A stretch of DNA of 64,000 bases. Source: Eledone cirrhosa (lineage: Eukaryota). A program made the position numbers and the translations under genes. The notes under the pieces were generated by a model. That model ran no database searches, was not told the origin of the DNA, and saw nothing but the letters and a program-made list of their open reading frames with translations. The stretch's first letter is position 1, and every line of letters begins with the position of its first letter. The stretch is from NCBI GenBank assembly GCA_964016885.1, contig OZ024743.1, positions 158,906,001 to 158,970,000 of the forward strand, read 5' to 3'. Positions 11,586-64,000 of this stretch are shown here, piece after piece.

Positions 11586-12870
11586 TATAACATGTGATTG
11601 CAAGATCATTGTTTACATCAACGTATCACTCAAGGCTAGCAGTTTGAAATTGTTGTATACATCAGCAACTCCGCTTGTATAGTTGGGGTCAATAATAATG
11701 TTCTGATTACTTGTTGATTGGGCAGGAATATATATTGTTGTCTTTGTTGATCCTGTATCAATAACTTTGTGATAATTTTGTAATAATTTTATGATAATTT
11801 TGTAATAATTTTGCGATAATTTTATGATAATTTGATAATTTTGTAATGATTTTGTGGTAATTTTGTGATGATTTGATAATTTTGTAATGATTTTGTGGTA
11901 ATTTTGTAATAATTTTGTAATAATTTTTAATCCTGTATCAATAATTTTAGAATGTTTTTTTTGTGATAATACATGGTTAGATCACTGAAGCTACCTTATA
12001 CCTTCTTAAAGATACATTTTATAATTATTGTCTTTTTGCTTATGTATTTTCTTAGTTACCACTTTCTTTAATCTTGCCCAACTTGATAAACTCCTTGAAT
12101 TGCTCCCTAATTAAATTACTTAAATTGCTTAGATTATTGTATCTATTATGCCTAAGTTGTATCTGTTTAAGCAGCCCTTTAAAAATTCCTCGGATATCCC
12201 AAATACCGTAATTTTTAATTTTTAACTTTTAATGTATAATTTTCCTCAATTCGTTTTTATATTTATCCTTAAAGGCTCTCTAAAATTTTAATTCTTCGAA
12301 GGGTCTCTCGGAGGAAGTTCCTATTGGAAATATTAAAGGGGCCTTTTCTGAGAGATTTATGGAAGGCTCTCTGAATTAACCTCTAATTGATTAGTTTCTT
12401 TCAACCTAGTTTTCAATTCAGTTTTCTGAATTTTGTAAACGTGATCTCGGGGGAAGAAGGTTTTTTTCTTTCTGAAAAATTTTTTTTTCTCTAGAAGAAA
12501 TTTCATAGGAACTTTATATATTTTTTAGGGAAACTTTATATTTTTATTTTCTTATTTTATTAGCCTCTTAATTTTCTTCTAGTCTAATAGGTTTATTGGA
12601 GCCTGTAAGCTTTATGCACTCATTGAGGGATTTTCTGAGGTGCTTCTGCGGGACCCCAAGTCTTTTAGTTTAATGTTGATTTGTAAATTATATATTTTTG
12701 TCTAATTTTTAAACTTCAATCCCTGACCCCGACAACTAATATAAAAGAGCCCCCCTTAGAATATTGACCCCAACTATACAAGCGGAGTTGCTGATGTATA
12801 CAACAATTTCAAACTGCTAGCCTTGAGTGATACGTTGATGTAAACAATGATCTTGCAATAACATGTTATA

Positions 12871-12917
12871 TGCCTTGATAAGTCCCACCATGGGGTCGGA
12901 CGAAACGGCTGTCGGCA
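12871..12917 (+). ncRNA. Hammerhead ribozyme motif, U3-A8 core variant
   Basis: tgcc TTGATAA GTCC-caccatggggtc-GGAC GAAA CGGCTG TC ggca, immediately overlapping AATAAA. Confidence 0.75.
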
Positions 12918-13070
12918 ATAAACTTGTTATAATGTCATAATAGTTCCTTTGTTCTTTTTCACTAATATTTCTGCTCTGCGTATACGCATAGAGCTTAACT
13001 AGCTACCGTCACATATTTGGTAAGTCAGACGTGATCATCGCGATTCACATACGACCTACCATACATCTTA

Positions 13071-13120
<50 letters not shown>

Positions 13121-13600
13121 TGCAGGTAAAACGTTGTAGCGTGGGTAAATTGCGTTGCTCAGACAAAAGTGTTTACAGCGAAATAGATAACGGCTATATT
13201 TCATTTTGTAATAAGCTTTATATATTTAGAGCACATGTAAGTAAACCGACAATGTCAATACAATATTTGTCACCAACACCGTATAATTAAAAGGAATCAA
13301 TCGCCAGTTATCCACTCAACTTGGAAACCTTCTCCTTTTTCTAGTTATTTTTCCCCGTTGTCGGATTTTAACCTCCGTACCATAGACTTAACATAAGTGG
13401 AGTGAATTTACAACCACACACACACACACACATACTCATTTAAGTTTGAAGGAATTTCACCTGCCCGGCCTCCTGTAATTTTTCTCTATAATATATATAT
13501 ATATATATACAAATATATATAACGAAGGAAATGTGGTAAGGAACCAGGTGGACCATAACGCACCAAAGTACTCAATACTTAGGGTAGGAGAGTGGGTAAT

Positions 13601-13711
13601 GGGAACGAGCAGGACCCCGACGGCTGAGCTCAAGCCGTTTCGACGGCTAATTCTGGTCCAGAATTAGCCGTCGAAACGGCTTGAGCTCAGCCGTCGGGGT
13701 CCTACTTGTTC

Positions 13712-13713
<2 letters not shown>
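13601..13713. repeat. Near-perfect palindrome centred at 13657, each arm holding an HHR 3' half
   Basis: Centre CTGG-T-CCAG; arm reads ...GCCGTC GAAA CGGCT tgagctc AGCCG TC ggggtcc. Confidence 0.85.
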
Positions 13714-13781
<68 letters not shown>

Positions 13782-13830
13782 ATTAGAAAATGCGAAGTAG
13801 TTTCAGATGTTAATGTCCTTTATTGGTAAT

Positions 13831-13905
13831 GCTGTGATACATGTTTCAATGACGACAGTGGCCACATGATTCTGTGTACCCAGTGCCGTGACATCATCAG
13901 ACAGC
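13831..13905 (-). ncRNA. Type I hammerhead ribozyme motif with long stem II
   Basis: Minus strand: gctgt CTGATGA [ACGGCA/TGTCGT, TGG/CCA, TACA/TGTG] GAAA CATGTA TC acagc, then AATAAA. Confidence 0.72.
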
Positions 13906-14379
13906 TTCTTATATAATAAGGTTACGTTCTCAAGGCAATCCAAACAGAAACGACGAGGGAACGGACAAGGCGTGTGTTCTTGGTTCGCCTGTCCATTCTC
14001 CTGTGGTCAACAATTCACCTCAACAATTTTGCGCAGGCGCAAACGGAAGCTGGTCATCCACCACACTAAATTCAATCCTGTCCGAAATAGCCCCAACATA
14101 TCTCTTCAATCTCACCACGCCATATTAAAAATAATAAAAAAACAAAACAAAACTGAAAGATACATTGGACAATGTAGACCTCATGTATAATAAATTTTTA
14201 TAATTTTCCCATTCAACAATAAATAAACCACAGGAAAATCCATGAGTATTCAACATGTTTTTAAAATTCAATATTTATTTATTTATTTATTTAATTAACA
14301 CTAAAACCATATTCTTCAAGTATTATTGTCATCATTGACATAAGAAAAGTACTAATGAATAAATAAATAATAATAACAA

Positions 14380-14590
14380 TGGTTTTTGATTTAGGCACAA
14401 GGCCAGCAATTTTTGGGGAGGAGAAAGTCTATTAAATCGACCCCAGTGCATTACTGGTACTTTATTTTATCGACCCGTAAGGATGAAAGGCAAAGTTAAC
14501 CTTTACGGGATTTAAATTAAGAACGTAAAGGGCCGTAACTCTATGCAACTAACCATGTTGCCCGACGCTCTACCGATTCTGTCAATTCAA
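14380..14590 (-). mobile_element. tRNA-derived SINE (family A)
   Basis: Reverse complement of the 49528-49712 family, with (AAT)n/(AAC)n flanks. Confidence 0.75.
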
Positions 14591-14653
14591 TAATAATAAT
14601 AACAATTACAACAACAACAATAATAGAATCAAATTCTTTCTCTCTCTCTCGAC

Positions 14654-14720
<67 letters not shown>

Positions 14721-14896
14721 TTTGTTGGTTCACCACTGGATAGATTTGGTCATTCCGTATGATCAATCTTGGTGTAATATTGTGGAGAGTACTCAACGTA
14801 GTGCAGTTCACCCGTCTTCGGTGGTTCGAATACGGAGTTAATTATAAATAAAAATAACAGGAGGCTGGACTAGTGTAAATCCTTGAAAGGTTTATT

Positions 14897-14954
14897 ATAC
14901 TATGATCATTTCAATGACCGGGTTCCATATGAATCCGGTGATATCATCAGGTAT
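14897..14954 (-). ncRNA. Type I hammerhead ribozyme motif (inverted copy)
   Basis: Reverse complement of 16196-16253. Confidence 0.73.
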
Positions 14955-16195
14955 TTGAAATATAACAAAGGAATATGTATATGTAAAAACCATGGGTCCG
15001 AAAAATCAGAGACAGAGAGGACGACTGACCAACTATCTGTCTTCACCTCGGCCAGTCGCCCTCAAAGTGATGGTAACTCGATCTGCTAATGACCATCTGG
15101 TGAGGTGGCGAAGGCTTATGTACTACCACTCTCCGTCAAAGAATAAAAAATAAAAAAGGGGAAGAAAGAAAGAAAGAAAGAAAGAGAGAAGAAAAAAAAG
15201 AAAAAAAGAGAAAGAAAGAAGTCAGCGTAAGTGTCACACTACAGTCAAGCTAGAAAACGCCGCGAAAAACGTTATTCTAAAGAATCTATATTTTAACAAA
15301 GGCATATATAATGGGTGTCTGTATGGTCTAATGTGTGAACAGAAAATTGGAACGTTAAACTTATGTTACGAGTTATAGGATGAAATTAAATAAAAAAATT
15401 GAAGATTGGAAAATAAATCAAATAAAAAAAATATTTAATGAACTTACAGAGAGAGTCTTATATGAAAAAGTTAATCTCGATGAGATAGCAGGGTGAGATA
15501 AAGATTAATGCCTTCGAATGTGAACCCCAGCCAGCACCTCCTAACCACGTGTCAGCCAGTTTCGAGTGGTATCGTCCAGCGAAAGAAATGGAAATTAATT
15601 TTTCCGAGTACTCTAGGAACGTAGCTACACTAGGCTCCGGGTGTGCTAGCGGGAAGTCTACAATTTCGACATGCCATCGTCAATACCAAACGAATACTAT
15701 TAATTCACACATGAGGGGTTTATTTACGTGCCAGTAGAGGCATGATACAGCTAACAGTTATGCCTAAGCCTAGAGTTTATAGGTATAAGTATAATATGGC
15801 GGTCAAAACAGGCGGCGCGGCGGGCCCAGGGCAAAGCAAGCCGCACCGAGTAATTTCATTTACCGAAACAGGGGAAATTTATTTTTCCAAGCACTCAAGG
15901 AAGGCAGAACTTTCCGAGCGCCCATCGCGCAGCCGGGTAAAGCCACCACATCCATCGGAGGTAGCAAAACCCAATAAAGAGTGCAAATAGACTATAATTA
16001 TTTTAAAGTCCCAGTTAGTCCAGGTTATAAGTAGTGTGGTTCTTTGGTGGGTAGGAGGCTATGAAAGGTGCATAATGACCTGAGTAAGGAAAGTTACAAA
16101 TAAATAAAAATAGGATACAAAGATAAAGAATACTCTGTCTCTGATTTTTCGGACCCATGGTTTTTACATATACATATTCCTTTGTTATATTTCAA

Positions 16196-16253
16196 ATACC
16201 TGATGATATCACCGGATTCATATGGAACCCGGTCATTGAAATGATCATAGTAT
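16196..16253 (+). ncRNA. Type I hammerhead ribozyme motif (palindromic stem III)
   Basis: atac CTGATGA tatc-ACCGG...CCGGT-catt GAAA TGATCA TA gtat AATAAA. Confidence 0.75.
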
Positions 16254-16293
16254 AATAAACCTTTCAAGGATTTTACACTAGTCCAGCCTCCTG

Positions 16294-16337
<44 letters not shown>

Positions 16338-16501
16338 TTATAAATATATATATATCTATATCTAGGGCGGGTAAAATTCCCGATATATATATATATATCC
16401 ATACATACATAACATAGTTGAATATATATACATGCTGGTGGTGAAGAACGAAAGAAAATGTAGTCAATAATGTGAGTTAGGTAGACTATTATTTATCATA
16501 C

Positions 16502-16565
<64 letters not shown>

Positions 16566-17283
16566 CAGGGTCATCATAAATGTCTCGTGCAATCTTAAAT
16601 TTGTATAATTTTAGACTTACATATCATAGATTTAATGCGTGAAAAGAATTTGTGAACGAATTTATTAATTTTTCATTTAAATTGGTTCCTAAAATTGTTA
16701 ATTTGTAACAGCGCCACTGTTATTAAGTATACAAACTGTGATGCGATTCTGAATTTCTAGAAATACATTTTATAACATTAGCTATCAATAATAGTTATTA
16801 CAAAAACGAAAAAGGAGTCGATTGTCAGACTAATGTTACTATCCGTCAATCGTATCTCCTGGCAGAAGGAGCAACGTGTAATAAATATTTTGCTCAAGAA
16901 ACTAACGTTCCATCTGGTAGAGAAATTGAATACACGACCGTATGATCATGAGTGCAACACACTAACCACTAGAACACCTGCCTTCATTAAATGTCCCCAT
17001 GAAATATTGTTGTAGAAAAAAAAAAAAAAAATTTGTAATAAAATTGTTAGATTGGCGACGATAAAATAGCAGGCTTATAAATGTTCGTTACATATCAAAA
17101 CCTTCATATATAGAGCTGAGGTTATGAATGATTAAAATGTCGAATTACACAAGTACGTTATAATGATAGGGTATGTATGTATGTATGTATGTATGTATGT
17201 ATGTATGTATGTATGTATGTATGTATGTATGTATGTATCATATGTATATGATGAAATATTTATGATACCTTTATATATACATA

Positions 17284-17764
17284 CCGTATATACTCGAGTA
17301 ATAGTCGATCTCATTTAAAAGTCGGCCCCTATTTTTGGCCAAAAAATCTGGAAATTTCCATAGACCGCATATAAAAGTCGCCTCTAGTATTTCACGGATA
17401 ACAGATCAACATTTGTCCTGTATGTAGAAATAACACTAACAAAATCGTCATCAATTTAAGGCAGATTTAAATTATTGCAATTTCTGAAACTAAAAATTTA
17501 CTTAAACGTGTAACTATCGTACTGTAGCCTGCCCTATAGATGGAATGCTAATAGCGAGCACTACACATCTGTTGATGGGTGTTACATCACCATTACTAAA
17601 ATGCATGCACAAGGTGTGCTGAAAGCCTGCAAACGTTATATTTTTGGATTCTAGTTCGAATTTTAAGGCCCTCAAAAATGTAAAAGTCTATGTAATAGCC
17701 GACCCCATAAATTCAACCTTAAAAAATGGTCTACAAAATTCGACTTTTACATGAGTATATACCA
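17284..17764. mobile_element. MITE (Tc1/pogo-type TIRs)
   Basis: Imperfect TIRs CCGTATATACTCGAGTAATAGTCGA / TCGACTTTTACATGAGTATATAC with TA flanks. Confidence 0.6.
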
Positions 17765-18167
17765 TATTTTACATATATACATGATATAGCGGTTAGGGAT
17801 CTTTGAGATAGATTTAAACTTAAATGAAACATTTCTATATATGATAGAAACAAATTTGACAGTATCGTAAGCGAGAATCGAATCCCATGCTATATATCGG
17901 TGTTCCACACAGTATCCCTTTGCTATGAAGACAGATATAAATATCAAATATTGCAGATCGTTTTGTGCGGTTGTCCAGTATACAGCAGGTGTCTAAATTG
18001 ATTCTCATAGACGGGAGAGTCAAATCTTTCTATTATATTTAGCGTGTATATAAATGTATTGCTTAAGTTTTTAATATATATATATAATTTCCAACCGGAA
18101 ATTTATAATAAATTGAAGTGAGAACCAAGAGGTGCGTGTGCTTTTTTAGCAGCATGACCCGCCAAAA

Positions 18168-18220
<53 letters not shown>

Positions 18221-18226
<6 letters not shown>

Positions 18227-18408
18227 TAAAAGGAAAAGAAAATGCTGACAAATTTTCCCCAGTGAAAAATAGTTTAATTAGGAATAAGTATAAATTAGTA
18301 ATAAGTATTGGTTAGTATTCAGTTTTAGTTTTAAGTTTTTACTGGTTGCGCATTTCTAATTTCACTGGGAAAAATTTGTCAGCATTTTCTTTTCCTTTTA
18401 CTAATATA
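18221..18408. repeat. Short fold-back in (TA)n; right half directly repeated at 19478-19573
   Basis: TATTAGTAAAAGGAAAAGAAAATGCTGACAAATTTT..CCAGTGAAA and its reverse complement at about 18360-18405. Confidence 0.75.
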
Positions 18409-18431
18409 TCACAACTCGTGTGTCACACCTC

Positions 18432-18787
<356 letters not shown>

Positions 18788-19352
18788 CCTGTGTGTGTGT
18801 GTCTGTGTGTTTTAGGTGTTGATATGGTTTATTCACAGCTGTACAACGGGAATTCACTCTCGTATAGACATTAAAACTACGCAAAACATTTCAAACGGCC
18901 TATATTTTGTATTACACACAGCTCTCTAAAAAAAGTCGTCATTAAATATGTATACACACATGTGCACACACAAATATAGATATACTTGCGTGTATGTATG
19001 AATGTACGTACGTATGTATGTATGTATGTATGTATGTATGTATGTATGTATGTATGTATGTATGTATGTATGTATGTATGTATGTATGTATGTATGCATT
19101 TATCTTTGTATGCTTTTGTGTGGTGTGCATTTATGTATGTGTGTGTGTGTGTGTCCATGTACATCTATGTTTATTTTTATATATATTGTGTCAGAAAAAA
19201 AGTTACATATAATAATATATTTACAAAACACAAGAATGATGCGATAACAATAAGTATATAAATGTATAAATATGTACAATACACACAAAATCATATGTAT
19301 ATTTATTTATTTACATATATACACATACATATGCATGTATATATATGTATGC

Positions 19353-19433
<81 letters not shown>

Positions 19434-19867
19434 TACATACATATATACATACATACATACATATATATATATATATACAGTTTTAGTTTTAAGTTTTTAC
19501 CGGTTGCGCATTTCTAATTTCATTGGGAAAAATTTGTCAGCATTTTCTTTTCCTTTTACTAATATATCACAACCCTATCTACTAGATCTGATTATCAAAC
19601 TATCCTCTTACATTATCTGTGTTATCTGTCGCATGTATTTTAATTTTGATTTTAAATTTGAATTGCTGTACAAATATAGTATAGTATAATATATGTCACT
19701 CCACTGTACATCAATATATATATATATGTATCTGTATGTCTCTTGCGTTGGATAGGAGGTCAATTATATGTACAAGCATTGAAAAATCCTCCGAAGACTC
19801 CAATGAAACAATTGTAAGTGAATAAATGCTTTGAACATAGCTTTGATTCTTGTGAATTCTCTCTCTC

Positions 19868-19929
<62 letters not shown>

Positions 19930-20681
19930 GTATAAATATGTACAATGTATATACATATATGAAGCTCACTGAAACAAATTTCTAATATTTGTTAACATGA
20001 GGCATATTTTCATCAACAAAAAATGCTTTTGCCTTATTTTTTTAGTGAAGTTAGAATGAAAAAACAAAAGTCATGATCATACCCATCATTATTTCCAAAT
20101 ATTTCTAAAAAACATTTGTTAATTGTCTAGTCATCTTTATATTCAATCTTTCTTAGTACAATGAGAATAAGATGTATTTGGACTATGATTGTTCATTGTA
20201 GTCGATGAATATATTACAACAATTTCTTGATTTAGTTTGTCTCAAAGTGTATGGAACCTTTTTGGGAAATATATCCACATTTATTGAGATATTCTATTGG
20301 TTAATTATCAAGTTAATGCCGGGATAGAAGGTAAATAAGAAAATTTCAAGTTTGAAACCATTTTCCATAATTTCATGCTATTAGAATATCCCAAATTTAC
20401 ACTTTAACTTGTGTAATGTATACTACTGTGCGTTAATGAAATGTATACAAATAAAATCCACTATGGGTGTAAATAGCACTTTGACCTCTATTTCAAAATG
20501 TGTACATTTGAGTAATTTATTACAACTTTTGTAAAACTCAAAATTCATCAGCAAATCGGAAAGATATATATATATATATATATGCTTGTGTGTTTGGTGT
20601 GTGTATGTGTATATACACATATGTATATACATACACACACACACATATATATATATGCATATATATATAAATACATATCTC

Positions 20682-20789
<108 letters not shown>

Positions 20790-20880
20790 GTAATAATAAT
20801 AAATTTGAAGACTAAAATACAAAGAGGGCTCGATAAGGATAAATATATATCAAATATATAAGAACCGTAGAGCAAATATT

Positions 20881-21149
<269 letters not shown>

Positions 21150-21232
21150 GCATACACACAGACACACACACATATATATGTATGTATATATATATGTATA
21201 TATATATGTATATATATATATAAATGTATATA

Positions 21233-21328
<96 letters not shown>

Positions 21329-22131
21329 AATATGTATGTATATATATATATATATATAAATACATACTTTTATGTATTCATATAATGCAAATAAACATTC
21401 GCTTATATTTTATACATTATTTCTTCATGCACATAGATGAATAAATACATGCAGTAAAGCATGCAGCAACAGCTACACATGCATACATTCTTGGATGTAT
21501 AACACGGCACCATGCATTATGCTGTAGTATTATTACATCGAATAAAATAAAAAAAAACTTTTGATTAATGTTCAAAATTTGTGTTCGTTGTGATGGCGGC
21601 TTTTGACATGTCGACACCACATCTCACAATTTATTTTTGTAATATAATATGGATTATATAAAGTGCTAGTCATTATTGACTTCATCATGATGATCGCAAT
21701 TATCATCATAATCATCATCACCATCACCACCACCATCATTATTAATATCATCTATATAACCATGGAAATAGAGATGATAATTTAAACTTTATTATTATTG
21801 TTGTTGTTATAAAATTCTTGGTTGTTGTTGTACTTTTCATTATTTCGTATGTGTTTGCCTTCGTTTTCTTTGTTTTCACGTCTGTCAAATCGAAACAATG
21901 TTTATAACATTGCGTTTCAATTATGAGATTTATTTCATTATATATTTGTCTTGTGGGCGATTAAATTCGATCTATTTTGAAAAAATGTCCTTCTGAGCTA
22001 GGTTTATAAGTCAACGTGTGCATGAACACAGGCACACATATATGTGCACACAAATAAGTATATTTTTGTGTGTGTATATATACAGGTGAATATATAAGTA
22101 TATATATATATGTATGCATGCATGTATGTAT

Positions 22132-22184
<53 letters not shown>

Positions 22185-22197
22185 TGCATGTATGTAT

Positions 22198-22257
<60 letters not shown>

Positions 22258-22392
22258 GTATGCATGCTTGTATGTATTCATATATATATATATATATATA
22301 TGTATACATACATACACTATTTCATTATAATATGTATAATTGTGTATACAGTTATATGTTTATCTAGATTTTTCTCATATGGTATTAGCATT

Positions 22393-63449
<41,057 letters not shown>

Positions 63450-63887
63450 CTGAAAAGATAAAATAGTGAACAGTAATGTATGAAATGTGAAATAAAAAGT
63501 GACTTATTGTTAATCAATGCATAAGTTTGAGATCTCCCATAATTTAGAATGGTTTTCTGTTCTTTACATTAAAAAATAAATGTAGAAATAAAATGTTACT
63601 TGTCTTGGACAAATATCATTTTATTCTTTTTGCATATTTTGTAGCGCTTTCACATTTTAATATAAGGATACTGAAATTGTGAAAACATCAAGTCTGTAAT
63701 TGTTTCACATAATATGAAAAAATACGCTTCGTAACTATTCGTTCATTTCTTCATAGTTTTGATTTGTCAGTTGAGGTTGTCCAAAATATTGAAACACGTC
63801 CGTTGTTATCTCCGGAATTATGAAAAATATTATTTGTAATAATCTAATATATTTTTCTCTTGACGGCTATTTGATTATAATTTAGCA

Positions 63888-63960
63888 TTTTTTTAATGTT
63901 CCAAGAATTAAACAGATTTTAAGCCTTTTTTTAATGTTCCAAGAATTAAACAGATTTTAA
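63888..63960. repeat. Tandem duplication (about 38 bp x 2)
   Basis: TTTTTTAATGTTCCAAGAATTAAACAGATTTTAA occurs twice. Confidence 0.85.
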
Positions 63961-64000
63961 TCAACTTAAGTATCACCCCTCTGATGCAGTGTCATAAATA

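Larger units (their letters stand above)
11488..13072 (+). mobile_element. Non-coding PLE-type element with inverted HHR-bearing repeats (11488-11694 / 12762-12968)
   Basis: About 207-bp near-perfect inverted repeats. AT-rich interior with an ATAATTTTGT-type minisatellite at about 11760-11950. (TA)n on both flanks. Confidence 0.75.
14848..16303 (+). mobile_element. Young, apparently non-coding PLE-type element with inverted HHR-bearing repeats (14848-15017 / 16133-16303)
   Basis: About 170-bp inverted repeats that differ by one indel, ending in (TA)n. No recognisable protein inside. Confidence 0.75.

Noticed and set aside
11760-11950. Regularly repeated ATAATTTTGT units resembling an array
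   Set aside because: Degenerate minisatellite without unique spacers, in eukaryotic context; not CRISPR.
14883-16402. Identical peptide KGLLYYDHFNDRVPYESGDIIRYLKY on both strands
   Set aside because: Consequence of the inverted repeat; it is the antisense of the HHR region, not a protein.

Overview
Repeat-rich, AT-rich animal genomic DNA. The (TA)n/(CA)n/(TATG)n microsatellite load, SINE families and receptor type suggest a mollusc, probably an octopus (inference). One host gene is present: five minus-strand exons (63449-63340, 53291-53030, 52157-51884, 27386-27214, 22851-22393) of a cation-selective alpha9/alpha10-like nicotinic acetylcholine receptor subunit. Its 5' exons were not found and probably lie beyond the window. 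The rest is a nest of mobile DNA: Tx1/L1-type, R4/Dong-type, CRE-type and RTE-type non-LTR retrotransposons, Penelope-like elements (PLEs), tRNA-derived SINEs, a Helitron, a Tc1/mariner relic and MITEs. The most striking non-coding signal is about 20 complete or degenerate type-I hammerhead ribozyme (HHR) motifs from several unrelated families, plus truncated halves. They lie in PLE-type terminal repeats and in apparently non-coding fold-back elements inserted in (TA)n tracts. They include U3-A8 core variants, a family with an extra nucleotide after A9, and minimal palindromic-stem-III forms; two are sense-oriented in an nAChR intron. A second pattern is a Tx1 family that appears to target the (ATT)n strand of the (AAT)n tails of Dong elements, giving repeated tail-to-tail pairs. 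All coordinates and structures were read by eye; no searches or folding were run.
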